From NCBI GenBank assembly GCA_902509965.1, contig CABWZP010000002.1, positions 23,652-87,651 on the forward strand: 64,000 nucleotides of DNA, given 5' to 3'. Positions 27,937 through 38,668 of this stretch are shown here, one piece after another. The DNA comes from an uncultured SAR86 cluster bacterium (GTDB lineage: Bacteria; Pseudomonadota; Gammaproteobacteria; Magnimaribacterales; D2472). A program made the position numbers and the translations under genes. Under the pieces are notes generated by a model that saw nothing but the letters and a program-made list of their open reading frames with translations, was not told the origin of the DNA and did not search any database. The first letter of the stretch is position 1; each line of letters starts with the position of its first letter.

Positions 27937-28548
27937 ATGGAAATTGTATGTTTTGATATGGAAGGAACGCTTACTCCAGAAATTTGGGAGAAGGTTGCTT
28001 CTAATACCCAAATATCAGGTTTTAATAAGACAACAAGAGATATTCCTAACTATGCTGATCTGATGGATTATCGTATTAAGCTCATGCAAGAAAATGGGTT
28101 AAAGCTAATCGATATTCAGCTTGCTGCAAGTCAATTAGAATTACTTCCGGGCGCTTTAGATTTTTTAAATAGAGTTCGCACAAACTTTCAAGTTGTTATT
28201 CTCTCAGATACCTTCCATGAGATAGCAAGTCCTCTTATGCAAAAGCTAGGCAATCCATTATTGTTATGCCATAACTTATCCATAGCAGATGATGGAAGTA
28301 TTTTGGAATATCATTTGCGTCATGAAAAAGCTAAACAGCAAGCCATTCTTGGCTTTCAGTCTATGGGCTATCGATGTCTTGCAGCTGGAGACTCATATAA
28401 TGATATACAGATGTTTGAAGTGGCTGATAAAGGCTTTTTCATTAATGCTCCTGTAAAAATATCATCTGAATATCCTGAAATACCTTCATATAATAGTTAT
28501 GATGATTTAGAAATTGCATTTAAAGAAAACTCACACTTTATAAAATGA
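27937..28548 (+). CDS. thrH: phosphoserine phosphatase / homoserine phosphotransferase ThrH (HAD family)
   Basis: 203 aa. '[17 protein letters not shown]', '[12 protein letters not shown]', '[10 protein letters not shown]', 'AAGDSYND' closely parallel P. aeruginosa ThrH as I recall it. Confidence 0.85.
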   Translation: MEIVCFDMEGTLTPEIWEKVASNTQISGFNKTTRDIPNYADLMDYRIKLMQENGLKLIDIQLAASQLELLPGALDFLNRVRTNFQVVILSDTFHEIASPLMQKLGNPLLLCHNLSIADDGSILEYHLRHEKAKQQAILGFQSMGYRCLAAGDSYNDIQMFEVADKGFFINAPVKISSEYPEIPSYNSYDDLEIAFKENSHFIK

Positions 28549-29207
28549 GCGAAGACTTAAAACTAAATAACTATACAAGGCCCAAATTAGATTTGCCTGG
28601 AGAGGATAATAACTTACTTCTTCATAGCTGTTGCGCCCCATGCGCAGGCGAGATTATGGAAGCTGTAGCAGCATCAGACATTAAAACTACAGTATATTTT
28701 TATAATCCAAATATTCACCCTCTAGCTGAATATGAAATAAGAAAAGATGAAAATAAAAGATTCTGTGACAAACTAGGTTTTGAATTTATTGATGCTGATT
28801 ACGATAAAGATAACTGGTTTGAGAGAATTAAGGGGCTTGAGAATGAACCGGAAAGAGGTAAAAGATGTACAGAGTGTTTTGACATGAGGTTTGAACGCTC
28901 AGCCTTATATGCTTATGAAAATAACTTTGGTGTTTATGCGACAACTTTAGGGATATCTCGTTGGAAAGATATGGATCAAATTAATACCTCAGGTAATAAA
29001 GCAGCTGAAAGATACGAAGAAGTTACCTATTGGGATTTTAATTGGAGAAAGCAAGGTGGATCATCAAGAATGATTGAAATATCCAAAGAAGAAAATTTTT
29101 ATCAACAAGAATATTGTGGATGTGTATACAGCCTAAGAGATACTAATAAATGGCGTATGAAAAATAATAAAGACAGAATTATAAGAGGTGTAAAGTTTTA
29201 TTCATAA
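28545..29207 (+). CDS. queH: epoxyqueuosine reductase QueH (DUF208)
   Basis: 220 aa. '[12 protein letters not shown]', 'FYNPNIHP', '[12 protein letters not shown]', 'QEYCGCVYS' Cys motifs typical of QueH. Confidence 0.85.
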   Translation: MSEDLKLNNYTRPKLDLPGEDNNLLLHSCCAPCAGEIMEAVAASDIKTTVYFYNPNIHPLAEYEIRKDENKRFCDKLGFEFIDADYDKDNWFERIKGLENEPERGKRCTECFDMRFERSALYAYENNFGVYATTLGISRWKDMDQINTSGNKAAERYEEVTYWDFNWRKQGGSSRMIEISKEENFYQQEYCGCVYSLRDTNKWRMKNNKDRIIRGVKFYS

Positions 29208-29258
29208 GTCTTTATTTGGGAAACAACCATCTGATCTTGTACAATAGCTTCACTTTTT

Positions 29259-30137
29259 ATGACAGCTGGAAATAAATTTAGACAAGCAATTAAGGATAAC
29301 AATCCTCTTATGATTGTGGGTGCTATAAATGCATATTCTGCAATCCTTGCTGAGAGGCAAAATCACAAAGCAATCTACTTATCAGGTGGTGGTGTTGCTG
29401 CTGCTTCGCATGGAATTCCAGATCTTGGAATTACTACCATGGAAGATGTTTTGGCAGATGCAAAAAGGATTACAGCTGCAAGCTCATTACCCTTATTAGT
29501 TGATATAGACACTGGATGGGGCGGTGCTTTCAACATTGCACGAACCATTAAAGAGATGACAAAGGCAGGCGTTGCTGCTGTTCATATGGAAGATCAAGTT
29601 TCACAAAAAAGATGTGGCCATAGACCTAATAAAAGCCTCGTTACTTGTGAGGAAATGGTAGATAGAATTAAAGCTGCGGTTGACGCTAAAGATGATGATT
29701 CTTTTTTTATTATGGCTAGAACTGATGCTTTTGCATCAGAGGGTATGCAAGCTGCAATAGACAGATCATCAAAATATCTTGAGGCTGGTGCTGATGGAAT
29801 TTTTTTGGAAGCCGTAACTGATTTAGATGATTATAAAGAATTTAAATCACAAGTAGACGCGCTTTTGCTAGCAAATATTACTGAGTTTGGAAAAACCCCA
29901 CTTTTTACTAATGCTGAGTTAGCATCAGTTGGAGTTGATATGAGTTTATATCCACTATCAGCATTTAGAGCAATGAGCTTGGCAGCTGAAAAAGTCTATG
30001 AATCTCTATTAAAAGAAGGGACTCAAAGAAATGTTTTAGATATAATGCAGACACGCGAAGAATTATACGAGCGTCTAAATTATCACGAGTTCGAACAAAA
30101 ATTAGATAAATTATTTTCTGAAGAAGGGGACAAATAA
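29259..30137 (+). CDS. prpB: methylisocitrate lyase
   Basis: 292 aa. 'DIDTGWGG', '[16 protein letters not shown]' (KRCGH active-site loop). Followed by prpC and prpD. Confidence 0.93.
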   Translation: MTAGNKFRQAIKDNNPLMIVGAINAYSAILAERQNHKAIYLSGGGVAAASHGIPDLGITTMEDVLADAKRITAASSLPLLVDIDTGWGGAFNIARTIKEMTKAGVAAVHMEDQVSQKRCGHRPNKSLVTCEEMVDRIKAAVDAKDDDSFFIMARTDAFASEGMQAAIDRSSKYLEAGADGIFLEAVTDLDDYKEFKSQVDALLLANITEFGKTPLFTNAELASVGVDMSLYPLSAFRAMSLAAEKVYESLLKEGTQRNVLDIMQTREELYERLNYHEFEQKLDKLFSEEGDK

Positions 30138-31258
30138 TGGTTAAAAAATTAGAAGGTGCTGGCCTTAGAGGTCAAGTAGCTGGTGAAACTTCATTATCGA
30201 CCGTAGGTCAAATTGAAGGTCTTGCTTATAGAGGGCATAAAATTGAAACCTTAGCTGAAAAAGCAACTTTTGAGGAAGTGGCTTACCTACTTTTATATAA
30301 AAAGCTACCCAATCAAACTGAGCTAAATGAATACAAATCTTTATTGAAAAGTCAAAGAGATTTACCGCAAGCTTTAAAAGAAGTTTTACAAAAAATTCCT
30401 GCAAATGCTCATCCAATGGATGTTATGCGAACAGGTACTTCAATGCTTGGAAATCTAGAGCCTGAAGGTGATTTTGAAAATCAACTTAATTCAATTAATA
30501 GAATGATTGCTACCATGCCTTCAATTGTTACTTATTGGTATAAATTTTCTCACGATGGAGAAGATATAGACTTGGTTAATGATGAAGATTCTATGGCAGG
30601 TCATTTTTTGCATATTCTTCATGGTAAAGCTCCAACAGATCTGCATAAAAGAGTCATGGATGTATCTTTAGTCCTTTACGCTGAGCATGAGTTTAATGCT
30701 TCAACTTTTACAGGAAGAGTTTGTGCTTCAACTATGTCAGATATTCACTCTTGTGTAGTTGCAGCCATAGGATCATTGAGAGGCCCATTGCATGGTGGAG
30801 CAAATGAAAAGGCTATGGAACTTATTGAAAATTGGACTTCAAGAGACGAAGCTAAAACTAATATTCTAGAGATGTTAGCAAATAAAGAAAAAATTATGGG
30901 CTTTGGCCATGCTGTTTATTCCATTCGTGATCCTAGAAATGCAGTTATTAAAGAATATGCTAAAGAGCTCTCTTTATTGCATGAAAATGATGATTTATAT
31001 CAGGTGGCCGAAGAGGTAGAAAAAGTTATGGCTGATGAAAAGAAAATGTTTGCAAATGCTGACTTCTTCCATGCACCAGCATATTTCTATATGGGCATTC
31101 CCACAAAACTTTTTACCCCTATTTTTGTAATGTCTCGTGTATCAGGCTGGACAGCACATTGTATGGAGCAAAGAGCTAATAATAGAATTATTAGACCAAG
31201 CGCAGATTACATTGGAGTTGAAAGCTCTGAATGGATTGATATACAAGATAGGTCTTAA
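30137..31258 (+). CDS. prpC: 2-methylcitrate synthase
   Basis: 373 aa. Citrate-synthase family ('LYAEHEFNAST', 'GPLHGGANE', 'GFGHAVY'). prp context. Confidence 0.92.
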   Translation: MVKKLEGAGLRGQVAGETSLSTVGQIEGLAYRGHKIETLAEKATFEEVAYLLLYKKLPNQTELNEYKSLLKSQRDLPQALKEVLQKIPANAHPMDVMRTGTSMLGNLEPEGDFENQLNSINRMIATMPSIVTYWYKFSHDGEDIDLVNDEDSMAGHFLHILHGKAPTDLHKRVMDVSLVLYAEHEFNASTFTGRVCASTMSDIHSCVVAAIGSLRGPLHGGANEKAMELIENWTSRDEAKTNILEMLANKEKIMGFGHAVYSIRDPRNAVIKEYAKELSLLHENDDLYQVAEEVEKVMADEKKMFANADFFHAPAYFYMGIPTKLFTPIFVMSRVSGWTAHCMEQRANNRIIRPSADYIGVESSEWIDIQDRS

Positions 31259-31261
31259 GTT

Positions 31262-32722
31262 ATGTCATCTAATGTCGATTTAAATATCAGACCTGGCTAT
31301 GACGCTGTTATCTCAGAGATAGCCAGTTATGTTACTAATTTTGAAATAGAATCAGATCTTGCCCTTGATACTGCACGAAACTGTCTTATAGATACCATTG
31401 GCTGTGGTTTGTTAGCCCTAAAATTTCCTGCTTGCACCAAAATGCTAGGCCCAGTTGTCGAGGGAACATCAGTTCCTTATGGTGTAAGAGTTCCAGGTAC
31501 TAATTTTAAATTAGATCCAATCAAAGGTGCGTTTGATATTGGTTGTATTATCAGATGGCTTGATTATAACGATACTTGGCTTGCTGCTGAGTGGGGACAT
31601 CCTTCAGATAATCTTGGAGCAATCCTGGCTGTTACTGATTTTATTTCACAGCAAAATATAGCTGAAGGTAAAGAACCTCTTACTATGAAAACTGTTCTAG
31701 AATCTATGATCATGGCCCATGAAATCCAAGGAATACTGGCTCTTAAAAATAGTTTTAATAAAGTTGGACTAGATCATGTTGTTTTAGTAAAAGTTGCTTC
31801 TACAGCAGTTGTTACCAAACTAATGGGTGGTACAAAAGATCAAATTAAGGATGCTGTTAGCCAGGCTTGGGTAGATGGACAAAGTTTAAGAACCTACCGT
31901 CATGCTCCTAATGCTGGCTCAAGAAAAAGCTGGGCAGCAGGCGATGCAACTAGCAGAGCAGTTAGATTGGCTATGATTACTCTTTCTGGTGAAATGGGTT
32001 ATCCAGGAGTTTTATCAGCACCAGTATGGGGTTTTGAGGATGTATCTTTTGGTGGCGAGCAATTATCATTACCACAAGAATTTGCAAGCTATGTTATGGA
32101 GAATGTTTTATTTAAAATTAGTTTCCCAGCAGAGTTCCATGCTCAAACTGCAGTTGAAGCTGCTGTAACTTTACATCCACAAATAAAAGATAGATTGGAT
32201 GAAATTAAAGCAGTTGAAATAACTACCCATGAATCAGCAATTAGAATTATTTCTAAGGTGGGGCAATTAAATAATCCAGCTGATAGAGATCATTGCTTGC
32301 AGTATATGGTTGCTATTGGGCTCCTTAAGGGTGATTTAATAGCTGAAGACTATGAAGACGATGTAGCAGCCGATCCTAGAGTTGATGAGCTTAGAGAAAA
32401 AATGATTATTAATGAAGATAAAAGATACTCTACTGAATATCATGAGGCTGATAAGCGTTCTATAGCAAATAAGATTCAAATCCACTTTAACGATGGCTCA
32501 TCAACTGAAGCTATTGAAGTTGAATATCCAATAGGGCATAAACGTAGAAGAGAAGAAGGTATTCCGGTACTTGAACAAAAGTTTATGAGTAATTTAAAGA
32601 TTACTTTTGATGCCACTAGATGTGATGAAATATATTCACTTTGCACTGATCAAGAGGCACTAGAAAATACTACTGTTACAGATTTCCAAGAATTATTTAC
32701 TTTACAAAACAACAATTTTTAA
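31262..32722 (+). CDS. prpD: 2-methylcitrate dehydratase
   Basis: 486 aa MmgE/PrpD family protein, immediately after prpC. Confidence 0.9.
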   Translation: MSSNVDLNIRPGYDAVISEIASYVTNFEIESDLALDTARNCLIDTIGCGLLALKFPACTKMLGPVVEGTSVPYGVRVPGTNFKLDPIKGAFDIGCIIRWLDYNDTWLAAEWGHPSDNLGAILAVTDFISQQNIAEGKEPLTMKTVLESMIMAHEIQGILALKNSFNKVGLDHVVLVKVASTAVVTKLMGGTKDQIKDAVSQAWVDGQSLRTYRHAPNAGSRKSWAAGDATSRAVRLAMITLSGEMGYPGVLSAPVWGFEDVSFGGEQLSLPQEFASYVMENVLFKISFPAEFHAQTAVEAAVTLHPQIKDRLDEIKAVEITTHESAIRIISKVGQLNNPADRDHCLQYMVAIGLLKGDLIAEDYEDDVAADPRVDELREKMIINEDKRYSTEYHEADKRSIANKIQIHFNDGSSTEAIEVEYPIGHKRRREEGIPVLEQKFMSNLKITFDATRCDEIYSLCTDQEALENTTVTDFQELFTLQNNNF

Positions 32723-32725
32723 ACT

Positions 32726-33418
32726 ATGACTAAAAATATTCTTATCATTGGTGGAAATTCAGATATTGGACTAGAGATAAACAATCTTGCCAAAGCAGAA
32801 GGGCATAGTGTTTATGGAACTTCTCGAGATGAAACCACTTCTGGTAATTATGATAATTTTATTTATCTAGATCCTAACAAAAGTCTAGATGCATTGGACA
32901 ATATTCCTGAGGATATTCATGGATTGGTGTATTGCCCAGGTACTATTAATCTAAAATCATTGCAAAGACTCACTTTAGAAGATGTGAAAGCTGAGATGGA
33001 AGTAAACTTTTATGGGGCGTTTAATGTCATCAAAAAAGTCCTCCCCAACTTAAAAAAGAATGATGGTGCATCAGTAGTTTTATTTTCAACTGTAGCAGCT
33101 AATACAGGTATGCCAATGCACTCATCGATAGCAGCTTCAAAAAGTGCGCTAGAAGGATTTGCAATTAGTTTAGCGGCAGAACTTGCACCAAGAGTAGCTA
33201 TTAATTGTGTTGCTCCATCGATTGTTGATACTAAATTAGCATCACATATTTTATCTACCGATGAGCGCAAAGAGGCATCAGCTCAAAGACATCCCTTAAA
33301 ATCAATTGGGACTTCTAAATCAATCGCAACTTCAGCTTATTTCCTTCTTAGTGCAAAAGAGAACTGGATAACAGGTCAAGTAATTAGCGCAGATGGAGGG
33401 TTATCAACCCTAAAATAA
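32726..33418 (+). CDS. short-chain dehydrogenase/reductase-fold protein with atypical active site
   Basis: 230 aa. Rossmann 'LIIGGNSDIGLE', 'NFYGAF', 'LFSTVAA'. The YxxxK position reads 'SIAASK' (Ile instead of Tyr). 3 nt after prpD. Confidence 0.7.
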   Translation: MTKNILIIGGNSDIGLEINNLAKAEGHSVYGTSRDETTSGNYDNFIYLDPNKSLDALDNIPEDIHGLVYCPGTINLKSLQRLTLEDVKAEMEVNFYGAFNVIKKVLPNLKKNDGASVVLFSTVAANTGMPMHSSIAASKSALEGFAISLAAELAPRVAINCVAPSIVDTKLASHILSTDERKEASAQRHPLKSIGTSKSIATSAYFLLSAKENWITGQVISADGGLSTLK

Positions 33419-33452
33419 GGCTTTATAGCATTTTTGGACTATAATCATTGCC

Positions 33453-34538
33453 ATGTCAGGCAATACATTTGGAGAATTGTTTAAAGTTACGACCTTTGGC
33501 GAGAGCCACGGGAAGGCTTTGGGCTGCATAATTGATGGGTGTCCTCCGCAAATTGAGCTTTGCGAAGCTGATATCCAAAGTGAACTAAACCGCAGAAAAC
33601 CAGGCCAATCTGACGTTACTACCCAAAGAAAAGAAGATGATGCTGTAGAGATACTTTCAGGTGTATTTGAGGGAAAAACTACCGGAACGCCTATTAGTTT
33701 GATTATTTACAACCAAGATCAAAGGTCAAAAGACTATTCAGATATAAAAGATACTTTTAGACCGAATCACGCAGATATCACTTATCAAGCTAAATATGGT
33801 CATAGAGATTATCGAGGTGGCGGCAGATCAAGCGCAAGGGAAACTGCAATGAGAGTTGCAGCTGGCGCTATTGCTAAAAAATATCTTGAAAGCCTTGGGG
33901 TAAAAACTACAGGCTATGTAAGTCAAATTGGAAGCATTAAATGTGAGACAATCAATCCTAGCGATGCGAATACTAATAAATATTTCTTTGCCGATACATC
34001 TAAATTAGGTGATTTAGATACTTTGTTTGCTGAGCTTATTGAAGAAGGTAATTCAGTGGGTGCTAAATTAGGCGTTGCTATAGAAAATTGTCCTGTAGGC
34101 CTTGGAGCTCCTGTTTTTGATAAGTTAGATGCAGATTTAGCTAAAGCTATGATGAGTATTAATGCTGTCAAATCAGTATCCATAGGCAATACCGATGATA
34201 TTTTAAATTTAAAAGGCTCTGAGGTTAGAGATGAAATGCGAGCAGATGGCTTTACTTCAAATAACGCCGGCGGAATTCTTGGCGGTATCTCTAATGGTGA
34301 TGTTATTAATATCGATTTTATAATTAAACCTACCTCTAGCATTAAATCAAAAGGTAAAAGCGTTGATACTGATGGCAAAGAAGTTGATATTGAAGTTACC
34401 GGTAGACATGATCCTTGTGTTGGCATTCGAGCAGTACCTATTGCTGAAGCCATGGCTAATTTAGTGATCATGGATCACTTATTACGCAACCGAGCTCAAT
34501 GTGGAGACATTAAGCAAGAACTCCCATTTACTAAGTAA
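33453..34538 (+). CDS. aroC: chorismate synthase
   Basis: 361 aa. '[18 protein letters not shown]', '[11 protein letters not shown]', 'GRHDPCVG'. Confidence 0.96.
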   Translation: MSGNTFGELFKVTTFGESHGKALGCIIDGCPPQIELCEADIQSELNRRKPGQSDVTTQRKEDDAVEILSGVFEGKTTGTPISLIIYNQDQRSKDYSDIKDTFRPNHADITYQAKYGHRDYRGGGRSSARETAMRVAAGAIAKKYLESLGVKTTGYVSQIGSIKCETINPSDANTNKYFFADTSKLGDLDTLFAELIEEGNSVGAKLGVAIENCPVGLGAPVFDKLDADLAKAMMSINAVKSVSIGNTDDILNLKGSEVRDEMRADGFTSNNAGGILGGISNGDVINIDFIIKPTSSIKSKGKSVDTDGKEVDIEVTGRHDPCVGIRAVPIAEAMANLVIMDHLLRNRAQCGDIKQELPFTK

Positions 34539-34539
34539 C

Positions 34540-35940
34540 ATGCCAAAGACTTTATACGACAAGCTTTGGAACGAGCACCATATCACTACTCTTAATTCTG
34601 GCGAATCATTGCTTTATATTGACAGACATTATTTGCATGAAGTCACTTCACCGCAAGCCTTTGAAGGTTTAGCTAAAAAGCATTTAGTGCCATGGAGACT
34701 TAACGCTAACATTGCAACACCTGACCACAATGTACCTACTGAAAGGGGCGGTGCTTTTAATATGGAATCTATTGAAGATGAAATTTCAAAAATTCAGGTT
34801 GTTGAGCTTGATAAAAACTGCAATAGATTTGGAATCAAACAATTTGATATCACTTCTGAGAATCAAGGCATAGTGCATGTTATTGGCCCAGAATTAGGGT
34901 ATACGCTTCCTGGTATGACTATTGTTTGTGGTGATTCTCATACCTCTACGCATGGCGCTTTTGGGTGTTTAGCTATGGGTATAGGAACTTCTGAGGTTGA
35001 ACATGTATTGGCAACTCAAAGTTTAAAAGTATCAAAATTAAAAAATATGCATGTTCGTTTTGATGGTAAGCCTCAAACTGGAGTTACTTCAAAAGATATT
35101 GTTTTATATTTAATTGGAAAAATTGGCACAGCAGGTGGCAATGGTCATGCAATAGAATTTTCAGGCTCATATATTGAGAGTATTTCAATGGAAGCAAGGA
35201 TGACTATTTGCAATATGGCAATTGAAGCTGGAGCTAAAGTAGGCTTAATAGCTCCTGATGCAACAACAATTGACTATGTAAGGAAGCATAGTGACTTAGA
35301 TTCAAATTTACTCGAGCAAGCAGAAGCACATTGGGATACATTGAAAACAGATCAGATGGCAGTTTTTAATAAAGAAATTATTATTGATATTTCTTCGATT
35401 AAGTCTCAAGTTACTTGGGGAACTTCCCCTGAAATGGTGGTTGATTTTGATGGCAATATTCCAGATCCAGAACTTGTTTCAGAAGATAAAAAGAAAAATA
35501 TTCAACTTGCTAAGCAATATATGGGTATTGAGGCAGATGAGAAGTTAACCGATCTCAAATTTGATAAAGTTTTTATAGGTTCTTGCACCAATTCACGGAT
35601 AGAAGATCTTCGAGAGGCAGCAAGTATTGTAGAGGGTAAGCAAGTAGCTGATACTATCATTGAGGCTATTGTTGTCCCAGGATCAGGGATGGTAAAACTG
35701 CAAGCCGAAGCCGAAGGACTTGATAAAATATTTGAGGATGCCGGTTTTGTCTGGAGAGACCCTGGATGCTCTATGTGTTTGGGTATGAATCCAGATCAAT
35801 TAAAGCCTTATGAAAGATGCGCCTCTACTTCAAATAGAAATTTTGAGGGCAGACAAGGTAATTTAGGCAGAACTCATTTAATGAGTCCTATGATGGCAGC
35901 CTTAACTGCTATTAATGGCACTGTGAGCAACCCATCATGA
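34540..35940 (+). CDS. leuC: 3-isopropylmalate dehydratase large subunit
   Basis: Tracked ORF trimmed to the ATG at 34540 ([10 protein letters not shown]...), 1 nt after the aroC stop, giving 466 aa. Aconitase-family Cys ligands 'GSCTNSR', 'PGCSMCLG'. Confidence 0.96.
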   Translation: MPKTLYDKLWNEHHITTLNSGESLLYIDRHYLHEVTSPQAFEGLAKKHLVPWRLNANIATPDHNVPTERGGAFNMESIEDEISKIQVVELDKNCNRFGIKQFDITSENQGIVHVIGPELGYTLPGMTIVCGDSHTSTHGAFGCLAMGIGTSEVEHVLATQSLKVSKLKNMHVRFDGKPQTGVTSKDIVLYLIGKIGTAGGNGHAIEFSGSYIESISMEARMTICNMAIEAGAKVGLIAPDATTIDYVRKHSDLDSNLLEQAEAHWDTLKTDQMAVFNKEIIIDISSIKSQVTWGTSPEMVVDFDGNIPDPELVSEDKKKNIQLAKQYMGIEADEKLTDLKFDKVFIGSCTNSRIEDLREAASIVEGKQVADTIIEAIVVPGSGMVKLQAEAEGLDKIFEDAGFVWRDPGCSMCLGMNPDQLKPYERCASTSNRNFEGRQGNLGRTHLMSPMMAALTAINGTVSNPS

Positions 35941-36584
35941 AAATGCAAGGTAATGAATTACAGATTCATGGCTTAGTTGCATGTATTGATAGAGATAATA
36001 TTGATACAGACCAAATTATTCCAACCGAATATTTAAAGTCTATTAAAAAATTTGGTTTTGAAGATTATCTATTTGATGGATGGAGATATCTGGATGATGG
36101 CAAGCTAGGCATCACCAAAGAACAAAGACAAATAAATGAAGACTTTATCTTAAATAATGCGCCTTATGATCAGGCAAGCATCCTTCTAACTAGAGATAAT
36201 TTTGGTTGCGGCTCATCAAGAGAACATGCTGTATGGGCGTTAAGAGATTTTGGAATAAAAACTGTCATCGCTTCTTCTTTTGGTGATATTTTTTATAATA
36301 ATTGCTTTAAAAATGGCGTTTTACCTATAAAGCTATCTAAAGAGCAGATAGAAGAATTATTTTCTCAAACTCAAGATACAAGCAATGAGATTACAGTGAG
36401 TTTAGATGCTAAAAAGCTCACTATAGCTTCAGTTGAATATTCATTTGAGGTTGAGGATAATTTATTAGAAAGAATTATTTATGGTCTCGATGATGTTGAT
36501 ATAACATTACAAGATAAAGATGTAATTAAAGAATTTGAAGATAGCAGAATGAAAAGTAAACCTTGGATATATGCAAATGACTAA
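35937..36584 (+). CDS. leuD: 3-isopropylmalate dehydratase small subunit
   Basis: 215 aa. '[10 protein letters not shown]', '[11 protein letters not shown]'. Confidence 0.95.
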   Translation: MKMQGNELQIHGLVACIDRDNIDTDQIIPTEYLKSIKKFGFEDYLFDGWRYLDDGKLGITKEQRQINEDFILNNAPYDQASILLTRDNFGCGSSREHAVWALRDFGIKTVIASSFGDIFYNNCFKNGVLPIKLSKEQIEELFSQTQDTSNEITVSLDAKKLTIASVEYSFEVEDNLLERIIYGLDDVDITLQDKDVIKEFEDSRMKSKPWIYAND

Positions 36585-37662
36585 AAAGATTTTAATCTTA
36601 CCAGGAGATGGAATAGGGCAAGAAGTTACTGCTTCTGCACAAGAAGTTCTTGATTACTTAATGGTTGAAAATGCTTTAGATTTTTCAATCACCCATATGG
36701 ATGTTGGTGGCACTGCTTATGAAAAGCATGGCTCACCTTTGCCTGCTGATGTTCTTGCTGAAGCTAAGGCATCAGATGCTATTTTGTTTGGTGCAGTTGG
36801 AGCACCTCAATGGGATGATTTAGATTGGGATCATAGGCCTGAGCAAGCATTATTAGGCTTGAGAAAAGAATTAGAATTATTTGCTAACTTAAGACCAGCA
36901 TTTTTATTCAATGAATTAGCTTCAGCTTCTCCTATTAAAAATCATATTATTGAAAATTTAGATATTCTTATTGTCAGAGAGTTAACTGGCGGAGTTTATT
37001 TTGGCGAACCAAGGGGCTTAGTAACCTCAGAATCACCTCATTATGCGTTTAATACTATGATTTATAACGAAGATGAGATCAGACGTATTGCCAAAGTTGC
37101 ATTTGAAGCTGCTCAAAAGAGAAATGGCAAACTATGTTCGGTTGAAAAGGCCAACGTGCTTGAAGTTTCTAAGTTCTGGCGCGCTATAGTAAGTGATATG
37201 GCAAAAGACTATCCAGATGTCGAGCTATCACATCAACTTGCAGATAATACTGCTATGCAGCTTGTACTTAATCCTAATCAATACGATGTCATTGTTGCTA
37301 GTAACCTTTTTGGTGACATCCTCTCTGATATTGCTGCAACCTTGTCTGGTTCTATTGGAATGCTGCCTTCAGCATCCTTAAATAGCACCTCTCAAGGAAT
37401 GTATGAGCCATGTCACGGCAGTGCTCCAGATATTGCAGGTCAAAATATAGCCAATCCAATTGCAATGATTGCATCATTAGCTATGGCATTAAAGTACTCA
37501 CTACATGAAGTAAAACTTGCAGAGCGAATAGATAATGCGATTAAAACCTTTATTGCTAACGGTCATAGAACCAAAGATATCAGTACTGACAATAATTCTT
37601 TGAATACCAGTGAAGTTGCACCTTTAATTATTGAGATATTACAAAATGACTCAGCCAATTAA
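36571..37662 (+). CDS. leuB: 3-isopropylmalate dehydrogenase
   Basis: 363 aa. 'ILILPGDGIGQEV', 'NLFGDILSD', 'GSAPDIAGQNIANP'. The start could be the second Met at 36577. Confidence 0.95.
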   Translation: MQMTKKILILPGDGIGQEVTASAQEVLDYLMVENALDFSITHMDVGGTAYEKHGSPLPADVLAEAKASDAILFGAVGAPQWDDLDWDHRPEQALLGLRKELELFANLRPAFLFNELASASPIKNHIIENLDILIVRELTGGVYFGEPRGLVTSESPHYAFNTMIYNEDEIRRIAKVAFEAAQKRNGKLCSVEKANVLEVSKFWRAIVSDMAKDYPDVELSHQLADNTAMQLVLNPNQYDVIVASNLFGDILSDIAATLSGSIGMLPSASLNSTSQGMYEPCHGSAPDIAGQNIANPIAMIASLAMALKYSLHEVKLAERIDNAIKTFIANGHRTKDISTDNNSLNTSEVAPLIIEILQNDSAN

Positions 37663-38668
37663 TATTGCACTTGTCGGAGCATCTGGTGTCGTTGGCACTA
37701 AGATCATGCAATTACTTGAAAAAAAAGCATTTCCTATTAATCATTTTTATCCACTTGGCAGCTCGTCTGTTGGCCAAGTAGTTACCTTGAATGGAGCAGA
37801 GTATTCGATAAAAGATACAAGTACTTTTGATGCAAGTTTAGCTGATTTAACTATTGTTTCAGCAGGCTCAAGTGTTGCTGAAAGCTATGCAAAAGATTTT
37901 GTTGCAGCTGGCTCTTATGTAATTGATCTATCATCTCACTTTAGATATGAAGAAGATGTGCCTTTAATTATTCCAGAAATAAATGGTACTTTAGTTGAGG
38001 CCCTCGAGAATCCAACTTTAATTGCCAACCCGAATTGTTCTACTTCTCAGCTTCTTATGGCCTTAAAGCCGATTCATGATGAACTCACTATTGAATTTAT
38101 CAATATAGCCACTTATCAAGCAGTCTCTGGGACTGGCAAGGCCGCAGTGGAAGAATTAAATAATCAAACATATTTCTCTGAATCCAATCATGAACCTTCA
38201 GTTTATCCAAAACCCATTGCATTTAATGCCATTCCTCAATGTGATGTCTTTATGGACAATAACTTTACTAAAGAAGAAATGAAGTTGGTATGGGAGACTC
38301 ATAAAATACTAGATCCAAATATAGCGGTGCAAGCTACTTGTGTAAGAGTGCCAGTTTTTAATGGTCATTCTGAAGCTGTCTTTTTTAAAACTTCAAGCCC
38401 ATCTTCAAGAGAGGCCTTAATTGAATTGCTTGCAAATGCCCCTGGAATTAAAGTATTAGATAATCCTGATAAACTTGAATATCCAACACCAGTTGAGCAT
38501 GCTAATGATACTGAAGAGGTTTATGTGGGCAGAGTTAGAGTACAAGAGTTAGCTGGTGATACTTGGGTTTCACTCTGGGTAGTAGCCGATAATGTCTATG
38601 GCAAAGGAGCTGCTCTTAACGCTGTGCAAATTGCGCAAACTTTACTTAATACAAATAAATTTAAATGA
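37646..38668 (+). CDS. asd: aspartate-semialdehyde dehydrogenase (short Asd/USG-1-type)
   Basis: About 340 aa from the ATG at 37646 (MTQPINIALVGASGVVG). Active-site 'NPNCSTSQ' Cys and 'FNGHSEAV' His. leuB-asd-fimV-truA synteny. Confidence 0.85.
   Translation: MTQPINIALVGASGVVGTKIMQLLEKKAFPINHFYPLGSSSVGQVVTLNGAEYSIKDTSTFDASLADLTIVSAGSSVAESYAKDFVAAGSYVIDLSSHFRYEEDVPLIIPEINGTLVEALENPTLIANPNCSTSQLLMALKPIHDELTIEFINIATYQAVSGTGKAAVEELNNQTYFSESNHEPSVYPKPIAFNAIPQCDVFMDNNFTKEEMKLVWETHKILDPNIAVQATCVRVPVFNGHSEAVFFKTSSPSSREALIELLANAPGIKVLDNPDKLEYPTPVEHANDTEEVYVGRVRVQELAGDTWVSLWVVADNVYGKGAALNAVQIAQTLLNTNKFK

Noticed and set aside
27032-29207. The 5'-nucleotidase, ThrH and QueH as a single metabolic pathway.
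   Set aside because: Their established activities (nucleotide dephosphorylation, phosphoserine/homoserine phosphotransfer, queuosine tRNA modification) have no known shared intermediate. Tight packing is the rule throughout this window, so adjacency alone is not evidence of a pathway.
33923-34471. Long antisense ORFs inside well-supported genes. Examples: 182 aa opposite aroC; 127 aa and 107 aa opposite acnB at 48378-48761 and 49401-49724; 87 aa opposite the AtuA-like gene at 4562-4825; and most other 60-90-aa entries in the track.
   Set aside because: Each lies wholly within a gene with clear family motifs on the other strand. Their translations are low-complexity (S/P/L/I/K-rich) with no recognisable domain or RBS. 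This is typical of stop-poor antisense frames in codon-biased AT-rich genes.
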